A stretch of 63,918 nt of DNA, counting the filler, from Aduncisulcus paluster (Eukaryota), in assembly GCA_024181965.1 (NCBI GenBank). It is 10 parts of 10 records of this genome, joined end to end, with 100 filler letters (N's around TTAATTAATTAA, not from the genome) between each part and the next. Parts side by side here need not be neighbours in the genome. Positions count along the whole stretch, not along the records: positions 1 to 22,717 come from BQXS01011554.1; positions 22,818 to 25,291 come from BQXS01011559.1; 8 more parts are not named here. One strand, 5' to 3'. The translations under genes and the position numbers were made by a program. Under the pieces are notes generated by a model. The model saw only the letters and a list, made by a program, of their open reading frames with translations, ran no database searches and was not told the origin of the DNA. Position 1 is the stretch's first letter. The number at the start of each line of letters is the position of its first letter. Shown piece by piece: positions 13,278 through 25,391 of this stretch.

Positions 13278-14183
13278 ATTAATATATCATTTTTGGTTAT
13301 TAGTTCTTTCATTTTTTTTGATTATAAAACCCTCCTGCGTTTTTTGGTGTTTAATATCTTTCATTTTCATTATCTAGCGTTTTATTGGCTCATTAATTCC
13401 ACACAATTACGACTGTTATCATGCGCACAATCTGATCAGTCGAACACTTCCATATACCGTTTATTTTTGCAGAATTTACATTATTATTATTATTGTTGTT
13501 GCTTTTCCATTTCATTATTTACATTTATATTTTTGTTTTGAACTGCCTCGTTCATCCTGAATGATTGGAGATACCTTGTATTTTTCAACCCAAATCTTCT
13601 AATCATCGAATTATAATGTGTTATTATTGAATAAAAACCATTCTTCTTCACTCCAAGAGCTCTAATTAATCATTAATTCAATTATAACGATCATCGCTAT
13701 GATAATGAGGTTGAACTGACGAGTACAGAAAAAAAAATATTTTATGTTCAATGCTGCTTATTTTAACGAGAGTTGTATTGTAAAATACGAATTTAAACTC
13801 ATTTCCATAAAACATTAAAAGTTTAACAATTCATGATACCATGATAATATACTTTTCAGAAATCATACAAACTTTTTTTTTCTTAAGAATAATTAATTTG
13901 AACAGCTGTATTGGACACACAATCGATCTTCGATGAATTTAAAATGACATGGGAAATAGTTCACAAAATAGAAAAAAAAAGATTTGAACATATCAAGGCC
14001 TTTGAATTATTATGAATTGGGTATAATTGAATTTTATTTTTGTGGGCAATCATCATCGGAGTGATTTGATTTCTGAGTCAGATGAAAACAATTGAGTAAT
14101 CTCCCCTTTGCTAACATTGCCATTTATTTTGTCTTACATTTTTAATTTATTTTATAACCAATTGAATCAAAAACAAATATAAT

Positions 14184-14663
14184 ATGCTATCTGTTCAAAC
14201 ACCAATCATTTCAAAGGATTTCTCAATTCAATCGGAGGAAGACTCTTTCATTCGGCACAAACGTGATGCGAGCGAATCACATGATCGTTCTGAATCTGAT
14301 GAAGTGAGTACTAGTTATTCTGTGTCTTTTTCTGCCAGTAGATCACCATCTTCAAAACCTAGTGATACTAAATCAAGGTTATTTTACAAAACCGAACTAT
14401 GTAACTCTTATATGGAATATGGACATTGTCCATACGGTTCAAAATGTTGTTTTGCCCACGGAATCCATGAGTTGAGAAGTAGAACTGCTTCACATGGTGC
14501 TGTGGCCCAGAAATGTAAGGCTTTTCATTCAAATGGGGTCTGTAATTATGGACGCAGGTGTCGTTTCTGTCATGAGGAACATATTTTCTATGATATATAC
14601 CCTAAATTCGCCCAAGAAGGAGAAAACTTTTTGAAGTTTGGCTACAAGTTTGATTTCGAATGA
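14184..14663 (+). CDS. TIS11/ZFP36-family tandem CCCH zinc-finger RNA-binding protein
   Basis: YKTELC-x8-C-x5-C-x3-H ([31 protein letters not shown]) followed by a second finger [20 protein letters not shown]. Confidence 0.9.
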   Translation: MLSVQTPIISKDFSIQSEEDSFIRHKRDASESHDRSESDEVSTSYSVSFSASRSPSSKPSDTKSRLFYKTELCNSYMEYGHCPYGSKCCFAHGIHELRSRTASHGAVAQKCKAFHSNGVCNYGRRCRFCHEEHIFYDIYPKFAQEGENFLKFGYKFDFE

Positions 14664-15105
14664 AAAATTAAATTTTAAACCGTTTTTGAAATTTATTTTG
14701 TGTTTTCTTCTTTTTGTTGAATTATTGCTCCATCTGGAGTTTAGTATAGCGCTCAAGAATTTCCTTTTATTATATTCGGTTTATTTCATAATATAGATCG
14801 ATAACTTTAAATATAATCAAAATTATTATTATTGCCATTTCCTCATTTATGCCCTTTGTTGAAATATGCTTTCTCTTATCATTGGTACTATTCGACCAGT
14901 TCTAATTATCAATTTGACTTCATTTTATAGTTATTCTGGTTGTATGCACATATTATGTGTCTTTGTTTATTTTTCTGATAATTTTCTAATAAACTTATTT
15001 AGTATTCTCTTTCAAGATGAATTCTACTCCGACCTTTCTTTCAAAGAAATTCTTTGTCACCGAGTTTGGCAACATCCAAAATATATAGACATTATTTTAA
15101 ACATC

Positions 15106-15777
15106 ATGGGTAAGAAACAAACCGTTACTTTCGATTCTTCGCGTTGTAAAATTTCCCTAACTACGGCTAAGGCCCGATTAAAATTTACCATTGAGAAAAC
15201 TTCCGATAAGAACTACGATAAACTCAAAGATGTCATTAAATTACTTGAAAAGGAGAAATTTGATCTCGCCTTTATCAAAACTCAGAATATTATGGTGAAT
15301 AATTATCATCTAAAAGGAATGTACGAACTGGACGATCATATTGAACATCTTCGCGAGGAATTGCCAACAATATCCAAGAATTCTGAGATGGCATCTTCCA
15401 TTTTACCTCACATGTGCGCTATTGTGTGGGCTTCTCGTAACAGCAGCTTGCTCCCCGATTTAATCACCGTTTCTCAACAGTTATCTGCTAAATATGGCCC
15501 TGAAAAATTTGAAGATTTTCTTAAGTTATCATATCCATCTGAGAAATTCAAAAGTTACTTCACCACTTCAGCTTTTCCTGACAAGTTTGTTTGGAAGTAT
15601 CTTTTAACGATTGCTGAAGATCACAGGTGTCCAATTCCAACAATTCCATCTGAAGAGGAGGAATACACTTTCCCAACTCTCGAATCTGTTATTCCAGGAG
15701 TTTACTATCCGACCGAAGATGATCAGGCTCTCCTTGAGGACATTAGAAAGATGCAGGAAATGGACAAATTCAAGTGA
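15106..15777 (+). CDS. IST1: IST1 (ESCRT-III-related regulator of Vps4)
   Basis: Start more likely MGKK at 15106. F..SRCK.SL..A.ARLK...IVWAS...PDL..VSQQL.AKYG.EKF pattern of the Ist1 N-terminal domain; short C-terminal MIM-like helix DDQALLEDIRKM. Confidence 0.8.
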   Translation: MGKKQTVTFDSSRCKISLTTAKARLKFTIEKTSDKNYDKLKDVIKLLEKEKFDLAFIKTQNIMVNNYHLKGMYELDDHIEHLREELPTISKNSEMASSILPHMCAIVWASRNSSLLPDLITVSQQLSAKYGPEKFEDFLKLSYPSEKFKSYFTTSAFPDKFVWKYLLTIAEDHRCPIPTIPSEEEEYTFPTLESVIPGVYYPTEDDQALLEDIRKMQEMDKFK

Positions 15778-15880
15778 AAATGAAAAAATAAAGCTGATTG
15801 TTCTCGAATTATTTATTATTTTTTGGGATTATCAAAATATTATTTCATGTTTAAGGAGGGAATTATGTCATATTTCAGGT

Positions 15881-16362
15881 TTAGTGCAATCTATTGTATC
15901 TCTCGTCTTCAGCCCGCATACTTTCAGCTGCAGCAGCGGCCTTGTCTTCAAGTTCTCTCTTATGACCAAGATACATCAAGAAAAAGAATAAAATTGTGCA
16001 CACGGCATATATTCCTGCGGATAAAAACAAATTATTTGAAGCACTTTTTCTTGTCGCGTCATCTTTGGCAACGAAAAAAGCATAATTATCGGCAGGAATA
16101 AAATCAGTGGCCAAGAATATTCCAAAGATAGTCTACAAACAAGATATTAACATATAAACATAATCAACAAAGAAATTCAAAATAATTAAACGCAAATTAA
16201 AAAATACATACAAATAGAACAATTCCTAGGGCAAAGATTCCACCACAAAAACCACAACCTAATAAAATAATGAAAATGAGAAAGGAACAGAAAAAAAATA
16301 GGAAAAATATATTAAAACAATAACATACAAAATTGGCAGTTCTTTAATTCACACCCACACAT
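15881..16362 (-). CDS. RNASEK: RNase kappa / V-ATPase V0 subunit f homologue, 3 exons (16362-16329, 16258-16212, 16132-15881), 110 aa
   Basis: Two GTATGT...TAG introns (16328-16259, 70 nt; 16211-16133, 79 nt) give MCGCELKNCQFCCGFCGGIFALGIVLFTIFGIFLATD...ASNNLFLSAGIYAVCTILFFFLMY.... This two-TM hairpin matches the RNASEK pattern (C..LS.WG.I.L...GIFF ... NCF.AA.LY). Confidence 0.7.
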
Positions 16363-16701
16363 GATATATTGTTGTCAAATGCCGAGACTTCTTCAAAGTT
16401 GCGATTCAGACATAGTATTGAAATATTAACACATTTTATCGATATATTATCTATTTATAATTAGCTTTCAACATTTTTTTGTGTTCAATGGGTTTGATTT
16501 CAGAAGTTAGCCATCAAAGCAGCTATCCTTTGAAGGTACAATGTATAAAATATTTAAAAATACATCCATTAATTATATATTTTGTATTTTCGCCAATAAA
16601 GTTTTATAAAATTTCCTCATTGTCCCTGGAAAAAAAAGTGAAATAAAATCGACGCTTTCTTCTGAATTGATAAACAATTTGTATTATTAACAGTCATAAA
16701 T

Positions 16702-19700
16702 ATGCGTGAATTGGATCATTTTCTTCAAATTAATCCAATTCACACTCTCAATATTCTTACAACCCCTTTAGAGTATGCTCATCTCTTCCACTTCCGTCCT
16801 TACGAGAATAGTGAGGCCTTTTTACGGAAACGAGTTAAAAAAGGGAATATTATTTTATCTACTATAAATTCAAAATTCTTACCACTTTCTGATATCGTTT
16901 CGTCTCTCTCTAAGATCAAGCCCACAACTCATCTTTCGATAATTGTTTCAACCCTTCGTTGTTTCCATGCAATTGTAAATAGTACTCGTGATACCGATTT
17001 TTTGCATGTTCCCGCATTCCGGTGGTCTACTGTTCACACATATTTCAAACCTTCGGATCTCGCTCAGTGTTTGACAGAGTGTTATGTATCATATGTTCAG
17101 CATATCCCTAGATGGCAATTATTTGCAATGGCGATCAATGCAGTGTGCGATCATATCTCAACGAGACAACGCAGTGAAAAGATTCGGGAGGAACGGCATA
17201 AAATTCAATCATTTGTACAGGACTATCTGTTATTTATTCCTCATCACGCATATCTCCAGCCTGGGGCATTTGTTCCGAATGCAGGAGTGTTTTCTTGTAT
17301 GATTATTGTTGCTCTTTTGATTATTGGAAAAAATCCATCTGAATGCACTTCAATCGTGAATGCTGGAACTGCTTTAGCTGCAAAACAAGCCTCTTGGGAT
17401 GGAAAACAAGTGTGTCACCGGATTGATAGAGCTCGGCGTGACTTGATGGATGAGGTTAGACAGTCTCCTCTAATATTGAGCTGTCTCCGTGATTCCAATC
17501 GTAAAAAGGTCGCTGAAGCCCTCATTAAACTTCTTGATAAAGTTATCATCCATGGAAACTTCGATGAGCATGATTCTCTTGAAGCCGCATGTTTGATATC
17601 ATGGTTATCACATGGGTGTGAACCTAAGGACCATATGCACGCATTTATGAATATTTTAGAGCATTGCAATAGTGGATCATACGATAGCTCGACCATGCTC
17701 ACTGTTCTTCTCAAGACAGCAGCGACAACAAGCTCCCCATACATCATTCGACGATGTCTCACGGTTGCCCTTGTGCCCAGTGTTGTTGCGAATGTCTTAA
17801 GTGAGAACAAACAGTCAGGAATCCACATGAAAAAGACGTCCTCCATCCAACGACGAGATGATGATGATCCCTCTTCTACTCCAGCACAAACAGGTGGGTT
17901 TCCTGGCTCTAGTGTATCATTCATAAGCAATCCAGTGTCCAATGGAACTCAATTTCAATCATTTCCATTCCACCCGCCTCAATTAGGTCTTCCTGCGACA
18001 TTCTCATCCTCCCATTCCTCTTCTTCTCTTCTTCTTTTGAATCTGATTGCGCTCTCTGCCTACCAAGGTGTTCTATTATTGGAACCGAGTGATAACCACT
18101 TTCTCATTCGTACTTTGGGATCTCTTTTCTCCACCTGTGGACACTCTTCAGCCGTGTATGTTCTCCGTCATGTGCTTGTAACTCTCTTGGGAGTTCGAGA
18201 AAGAAAGAGAGAGTATGATAAAATAGCGAAGAAGAGGTCTCAACTCCAAAGCGAGTGGGAGAAGAAAGAGAAAGAGGCCAATGAAAGGAAAATAAGAGAA
18301 CAAATGGCAAAGAGGAAAAGAGAGAACGATAGAAGACGTATATCGGAAGAACAGCAGCGTCAAATGCAAGACGGAGAGAGATTGTTCATCCCAACGCAGC
18401 AATATGTAACCCCTTTTTCCCCCAATCCTTCCATTCTTCCCGGAATAGCTACAATCGATGGTTCCATTCCCTATGGTGCTATTCCACCAAGTGTAGCGCA
18501 GTCCCCTTTCTCAATTGCAATGGGCATGCAGCTGAACCAGTCCCTTTCGTATCCATTGTTACAGCCTGTATCTGAACCAGTTGTCATTGGTGGCCAATAT
18601 CAAACCTCTGGTGTCTCTGAATCCACATCTCCAATTCCTTCAACATCCATAGGAATCACAAGTTCACACATTGTTAATCTCCATGGAATGAGTGTGCCAA
18701 TGACACAAGTAGCTGATATCGGGGGATTCACTGTCCACGATTCTCTTCCGCCTCCACCTCAGCGATCAACTCAATCATCGATCTCTTCGTCTGGCGTTGG
18801 TCAAATCCCTCTTGTCCAATACCAGCTTTCTTCTACCCCGCAGACACAATCCCAAGCGTATCCAATGAGATCTCCACCGCCACAGATGGATATGTCTTCT
18901 CANNNNNNNNNNNNNNNNNNNNGCTGATATCGGGGGATTCACTGTCCACGATTCTCTTCCGCCTCCACCTCAGCGATCAACTCAATCATCGATCTCTTCG
19001 TCTGGCGTTGGTCAAATCCCTCTTGTCCAATACCAGCTTTCTTCTACCCCGCAGACACAATCCCAAGCGTATCCAATGAGATCTCCACCGCCACAGATGG
19101 ATATGTCTTCTCAAAGCAGACCTAACCCCAAACGGAGTGGAATCCATTCACATTCTCACCCTCAAGGACAACCCGCATCCTCCCATCCACATCAAAGACA
19201 AGCTCATACGGCTCACCTGCCTCCAAGATCATCCAGTCAGCAACATCCAGTATCCCATCATCATTCGCCATCCACCCATGTTCCCATGCCGACTCTCCCC
19301 GAACTCCCTGCTGAATTATTCCTTGACATGTACCTTCGGATAATGTTTCAAGCACCTACCTCCATTGATAATCCTCTTCGGACGATGCTTCAGGCTTATG
19401 TATTACAGCCTCTCTCACTGGCATTGTCTGATTTATACTCAAAATGGATCACCTGGGAAGACAGACCACCTGACATGAATGGAGAACACAGTGCCGTATT
19501 GCAGACAACTTCAAACATTTGTCCCGTGTGCAATGATCTGCCTGTCCCAGATGTCGGATCGTGTAAATGCGGGAAATGTTCTGTATGTCCATCGTGTGGG
19601 TATCAATTTGTGCGGTGTGTTTCTGGCATTGCTCAGCCCTATGGTCTCAATTTCTATAAAGGAGAGATCGAGGAGAGAAGTGTAGAAGCGAAAGAAAGGG

Positions 19701-22700
19701 AGGAATTGATTGAAAAGATCAAGCGTGTGAAGGAAGGTGGAAAACAATCGGTGTCGGATGATGCTATTCCGACCACATTTACAGTGCCACAATCGATGCA
19801 TTCGCACAAGGAAAGCATGAATATGTTAGAAGGATGCTATGATGAAGAATCAATGACAGCATCACATCAAACCCCAGCCAAACAGCGTCTATATTCCTCA
19901 AATGGCTCATTTGGGAGGGATAGTGGAGTGGAGACACATGGATACTATTCTCAGCATGATAGAGAGAAAGAACGGATGGGTGGAGTAAGTGGAACAGGAG
20001 ATGAGCTCTGTATGCCACCAGGACCTTCTTCTCAGCCTCTTGTCAGTATGTTCTCTCTTGGATACCTTCCCTTCTCATCCCCTCGACTGTGCCTCTTAAA
20101 TACTATCCACCATTGTATCTTCTTAACAGCCTGTCTGTGTGATGGAGCCATCGATGTCAACCATATCCTTGGTGTAACCTTGTCAACAATAACCAGAACA
20201 CGTTCAGTTGCTGCCATGAGACTCATTCGTAGGTGTATGGATGTTAGATGTGCTGAAGGATTGCTTCGAGCACTCAGATCTGTATGTGCAGCCCGAAGAG
20301 GTGTTATTTCCATGTTCTTTGGCTCATCTAAATCCTCATCTCTTATTCCAGAACGTCCTGATCAGACGAATTCCGATAGATCTGCTTTGGGTATTTGTGG
20401 GTTGATTGGCGATGGATCCGTTCATATTGGCTCCGATGTTATCCAAGAATATAACACTCATGTTGACCCTCTATTGCATTTTCTGTCGTTTACTTGCCTT
20501 GTTTTAAGTAACAAATGTCACGATGTGAGGGAGGAAAGGACAAAGAAACTCGGTCGGTTTGCTCTTGCGAATACTCCAACTGATTTCCATTATCCCCACC
20601 TTTCAGAAATGATTGTTCAAGAAATTGCTCATTATGTTAAATGGTTCCACCTATTCACGAATGGGAAACATCTTCTCGAGGAATACGAAAGTATTAAACG
20701 AGTCTTGGNNNNNNNNNNNNNNNNNNNNTCATGTTGACCCTCTATTGCATTTTCTGTCGTTTACTTGCCTTGTTTTAAGTAACAAATGTCACGATGTGAG
20801 GGAGGAAAGGACAAAGAAACTCGGTCGGTTTGCTCTTGCGAATACTCCAACTGATTTCCATTATCCCCACCTTTCAGAAATGATTGTTCAAGAAATTGCT
20901 CATTATGTTAAATGGTTCCACCTATTCACGAATGGGAAACATCTTCTCGAGGAATACGAAAGTATTAAACGATTCTTGGGACTTTCTGGACAAGCAGTGG
21001 CTGCTATCCCTGTGCTAATTAGATCCACAGCAGCGTTGTCGCTTGATGCTGTTCTTGGTTTGTTGTGTTTCTCTCATTTTGTTCCAAAAAGTCACGTTTG
21101 TCGTGATTTTGAATGTGCTCGCTTGTCATTTTCTTCATTCGGCCATCTTGCAGCCAAATGGGGTGGTGGGATCAATAGCGACGTTGATACTTATGTAACA
21201 AGTCAATTTATGCCTTTATTCGTGAGTGTTATGAAAGTTCTCGATCGAGAGCGTGAAAAAGAGGTTCTAAAGGCTCTAAGTCAAGACCAATGTGGAGCTG
21301 GATCATTGGGAAAGAAATCAACGATAACTCAGGACCTTGGATCTCACAAGGATGAAGAAATTGAATCTCCTGGTATTACTCCAGAAAACAGGGCAACAAG
21401 TCTTCTAAATCGAGGATTTTCGATAACTGTACAGTCGCATAAAGTTCTCTCTATCCAATCTTTTTCGTCAAGACCACCCATCTCATCGTCTCCTCCTTCT
21501 TCTTTCCTTCGTGGCCTTCACTTTTCCTTGTCTTCATACTGTTCGTGGCATGTCCAAAACAATACAATTCAGATTATTCCCATCCATCTCTTGTCAATGC
21601 TCAAGGAAGAGATCTTGCCTAGACTGATGGTGCATATGTATGAGCTTGTATGCGAGTGCATCTGTGGATCGAACCCTTCTTTGCCTGCTGATGTCAGAGT
21701 TCTATCAAGAGCCATCAGTGGTGTGTATGAACTTCTCCTCTCTCGTGATCTCGTAAAAGCATCGGACCTCATTGAATTTATCTTCAAAATGTTGCTTATT
21801 ATTGGGAAACATATCAGATTTATGATCTCTGCAGCTGCTCGCATGCCCTTGTATGTGTGTTCTGAGAGTTTATTCGATACCCTCTTTACTCCTCTTCCTC
21901 TCACTCGTGGAGGACAGCGTCAGGTGAGAACTGTTAGTGTTTGGAAGGAAGTGTTTAAGCTGAATCCTTATGATCAAGAGACTCTGGCTATCTTATTGCT
22001 TGATACATTGCCTCCTTCCGTGTTGTTATGTCCTTCTGTTGTGACACACTTTATTTTACCCTTGTGTGAGAGGAGGAAGAAGAGGGACAAGCAATTTGCA
22101 AGTGAAAGAGTGAGAAAACAAGATCTCAAGGATGCCATCAAGGAAGAAACAGTTGGAAAACGTCGAACTAGCCATCATCTATCTTTCTCTGGCCATACTT
22201 CCCAACCTTCAAAGGAGTTTGATGGCAATTCTGTTGGTAAGGATGGGAAAATTTTGCGTTTTGGCTCTACTGATACGTCTAGTATTATGGGTTCATTGGC
22301 TCATTCTTGTGTTTCTTCAGGGAGTACACGTTCTGTTGGATCCACGTATGAGAAGAATGAACGACCTGAAGATCCTCAACAAACAGTTCCCGTATCTTCC
22401 CTATCCCTTCCCTTACATCATGCACATACTCACACCCAATTGCTATCCTCTGCTACCACTCCTCTTTTCCCTCCCTTCAGGATCCTCATTAACTGTCTCG
22501 AAGAGCTCTTGTGCAGTCACCATTTTGCTCATTCAAGGGATTTGTCGGCCCTTTCAACGATATTCTCATATTATGCCCACACTCAGTTAATGGAACAAGT
22601 TTTGACTCCTCATATTTCTGCAGATCCTAAGAAGAGATTGCATTCGTCCGTTCATAATAGTATTCGTAGAGCCTTTGCAGCTCTTCAAACAGTCATAACG

Positions 22701-22717
22701 TCACTTCTTTTTGTGCG
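16702..22717 (+). CDS. Very large hypothetical protein (helical regions, coiled coil, P/S/Q/H-rich linker, Cys cluster); 3'-partial
   Basis: ORFs 16702-18902, ~18923-20708 and 20729-22717 join in frame after removing two overlap duplicates. Contains CPVC...CKCGKCSVCPSCG; truncated at the contig linker. Confidence 0.8.
18712..19113. other. Assembly artefact: 191-nt overlap duplicated around 20-N gap (18903-18922)
   Basis: 18712-18902 = 18923-19113. Confidence 0.9.
20458..20979. other. Assembly artefact: 251-nt overlap duplicated around 20-N gap (20709-20728)
   Basis: 20458-20708 = 20729-20979 with one terminal mismatch. Confidence 0.9.
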
Positions 22718-22817
22718 NNNNNNNNNNNNNNNNNNNNNNNNNNNNNNNNNNNNNNNNNNNNTTAATTAATTAANNNNNNNNNNNNNNNNNNNNNNNNNNN
22801 NNNNNNNNNNNNNNNNN
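22718..22817. other. Artificial 100-nt contig linker N44-TTAATTAATTAA-N44 (all-frame stop); same linker at 25292, 28254, 41399, 45114, 51036, 55007, 57993 and 60581
   Basis: The same linker occurs nine times and ORFs are truncated on both sides, so adjacency across linkers is not biological. Confidence 0.97.
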
Positions 22818-25291
22818 CATCGCCAACAGAAACCTTGTCAGCAGCATCGATCAGGTCGGACACACAGCCATGCAAGCCCACATCAGGCACAACACTAGCA
22901 CACCCATGAGTGCCATCGGAGTTCACACGGCATTCGGAGCCATACTCACACCCACCAGAACAGTCGGCAGAACGTGTGCATGTGAATGTGTCCGAATCAA
23001 AGTACGTGTAATATGAGTCGCTCATGCAGGTCACATTCCAGGTGTCGGAGGAAGGAGCAGTCTCAGAGCACACAAGACGTTTAGAGATGGCTGCAATCGT
23101 GCTGTCAGAGTCAGGGTCTAGAGAAGGACAGTTGCAGGTTTGATCAGAGGAATCAATAGAAATGTTATCGGACTCAAACAATTCAATCAAATCATCTTCA
23201 TCTTCATTTCCAAAACAGAGATTATTTGAACTCATGTCAAGTAAATACAGATTAGAAAGATCAAAGAGAGGAGAAACATCACTGATATCATTTCTAGATA
23301 TATCCAAATATTTTAGTGATACAAGGGTGGAAATGGAAGAAATATCTGTAATTGCAGTTCCTGAAAGCAACAGAGAGTTTAGGGAAGAAAGAGAGGAAAG
23401 GGGAGTTAAGTCAACATTACTGAGATCATTGCTAGAAGCACTTAAATACTTCAAATGCTGAAGATAAGAGAGGGGAGAGATATCAGATATAGAATTATCA
23501 CGTAAACTTAACCATTCAAGAGATGTCATGCCACTAAGAGGAGAGATATCCTCAATGGAATTATAATGAAGATGCAATTTCTTCAAAGAAGAGCATGAAG
23601 GACAGGATTCGGCTGAAAGGAATGAAATATCTGATAGCGAATTGCCTCCAAGATCAAGAACCTGAAGACTGGTCAAGGATGACAAGTCTGGAGGTGTGGT
23701 GATTTCAAGACTATCTAGAACACACTCTCTTACATTTGGAGGAAGAATGGCTTCAGACATGTCATTCCACGTTACACCTATACCATCTATATTTAGATAT
23801 TTTAGACTCGTAACTGAACCCATTGAGAATGTGGAAGAGGCGGGGGTAGATACATAAATGGTAAGATCTGTCAAACTTATCAAAGAGGATAAAACAGAGG
23901 AAAGTTGTGTGGCATCAGATAAACTACAATTAGAGAAAACAATTGATTGGAGTGCAGATGCAGTGGATAGGTTGGAGAAGTCTGAAATAGAAGAATCATT
24001 CCAGGAAAACACACGCAACTTGGGTACTGTGGAAAGATCGGGAACAATAGAGGAAGAAGAATTAGGAATACTCAGATACTCAAGGGAAGGAAGGGAAGGA
24101 ATGGATATATTAGATGGTGTATAAATATTACCCATATTCAGAGTCTTGAGGGAGGAAAGATGATAGAGGGGGGAGATGCTAGATATGGTAGAATCTGAAC
24201 TCAGCGTTAAGCTTTCCAAATTAGACAATTGAGCGATATTCTGGAGATCAGAATCATCGATAGTATCACATTTCATCGTCAATTGTTGGAGATTGGGCAG
24301 ATTGGACATATCAGGTATGTCATTGCAATCGTAATACCACCAACCAAAGGTCAAAGATTCCAAGCTTGAAGCATCACCAAGAAAAGAGTAAGAAATAGAT
24401 GTATCACCAACTTCGTAAATATCAAGGAATTTCATATTGCCAATATTGGATAAACATGAACTTGAAAAGCTTCCAACATATGCATCGTGTAAATCCAAAT
24501 ACTCCACGTTCGATAAGGAGGATAACCAAGAAACGGACCAGTATAACTCTCCTTCAAACTCATGAAGGTCAAGATGGGTAAGAGATGTAAGGGAGGAAAG
24601 ATCAGGATAGTCAGAAAGTTCAGTGGTTGAATAAGATAAATCCAAATATTTCAGATTTGTCAACTCAGCCAACACATCCAAACTGCAGTAGATCTCACTA
24701 TGGGACGCACTGAAATGTGCAAGAGTATCCTTCACTTGGGATAGTTTGGAAAGATCGTAGATATAGCAGTACATCAGATCCAGACTAACAAGGGTTGGGA
24801 GGTTATCGATGAAGTCCAAATCTGAAATAACAGTATATCCAATAGTAAGCTCTGTTACAGTGGATGGGATTGAACCAAGATCACGGCTATCGTTGACAAG
24901 ATATGAGTACTCGTAACCCAACCCATCAATTAAACCTTCCATCACATTCAATGACGTCACCGTCGCTGGCACAGGAGACAAGTCATACACGCTCGTGCCA
25001 CTCAGATCCAACGTCGTCAGCGCGGGGAGGGCTGACCCATCGGACAGGGCAAGACTCGAAAAGAACCCGGGGAACGTGACGTTCGTGCGCCCAGAGACGG
25101 AAAGCGTGGTCAGGGACGATGGGAACATGCCTTGCACAGTCACATCATAGTGATTGTCAGAGTCGAACAGAGGACTCAGGGACGACAGCTGAGTCGCCCA
25201 GTAGTCGCCAGAAGAAACGGCTCCAACAGTCAAGTACAATGCACGCAGAGACGTCAGACGCGAGAAATCAGTGTTCGGCGCAATGTCAATG
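22818..25291 (-). CDS. Internalin-like leucine-rich-repeat protein with Cys-rich cap module; partial at both ends
   Basis: Many LxxLxLxxNxIxDISPL repeats followed by CNC...VCSET...C..GCEYG.ECR; frame open across the whole contig. Confidence 0.9.
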
Positions 25292-25391
25292 NNNNNNNNN
25301 NNNNNNNNNNNNNNNNNNNNNNNNNNNNNNNNNNNTTAATTAATTAANNNNNNNNNNNNNNNNNNNNNNNNNNNNNNNNNNNNNNNNNNNN

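Noticed and set aside
14866-15105. 80-aa N-terminal extension of IST1 in the ORF track
   Set aside because: AT-rich, promoter-like composition; homology starts at MGKK (15106).
16702-22717. Weak resemblance of LFPPFRILINCLEEL to Mediator MED23
   Set aside because: Single short motif; other recalled motifs are not colinear.
22718-22817. Recurrent TTAATTAATTAA palindrome inside N runs (nine copies)
   Set aside because: Synthetic all-frame-stop contig linker of fixed 100-nt length; gene neighbourhoods across it carry no meaning.
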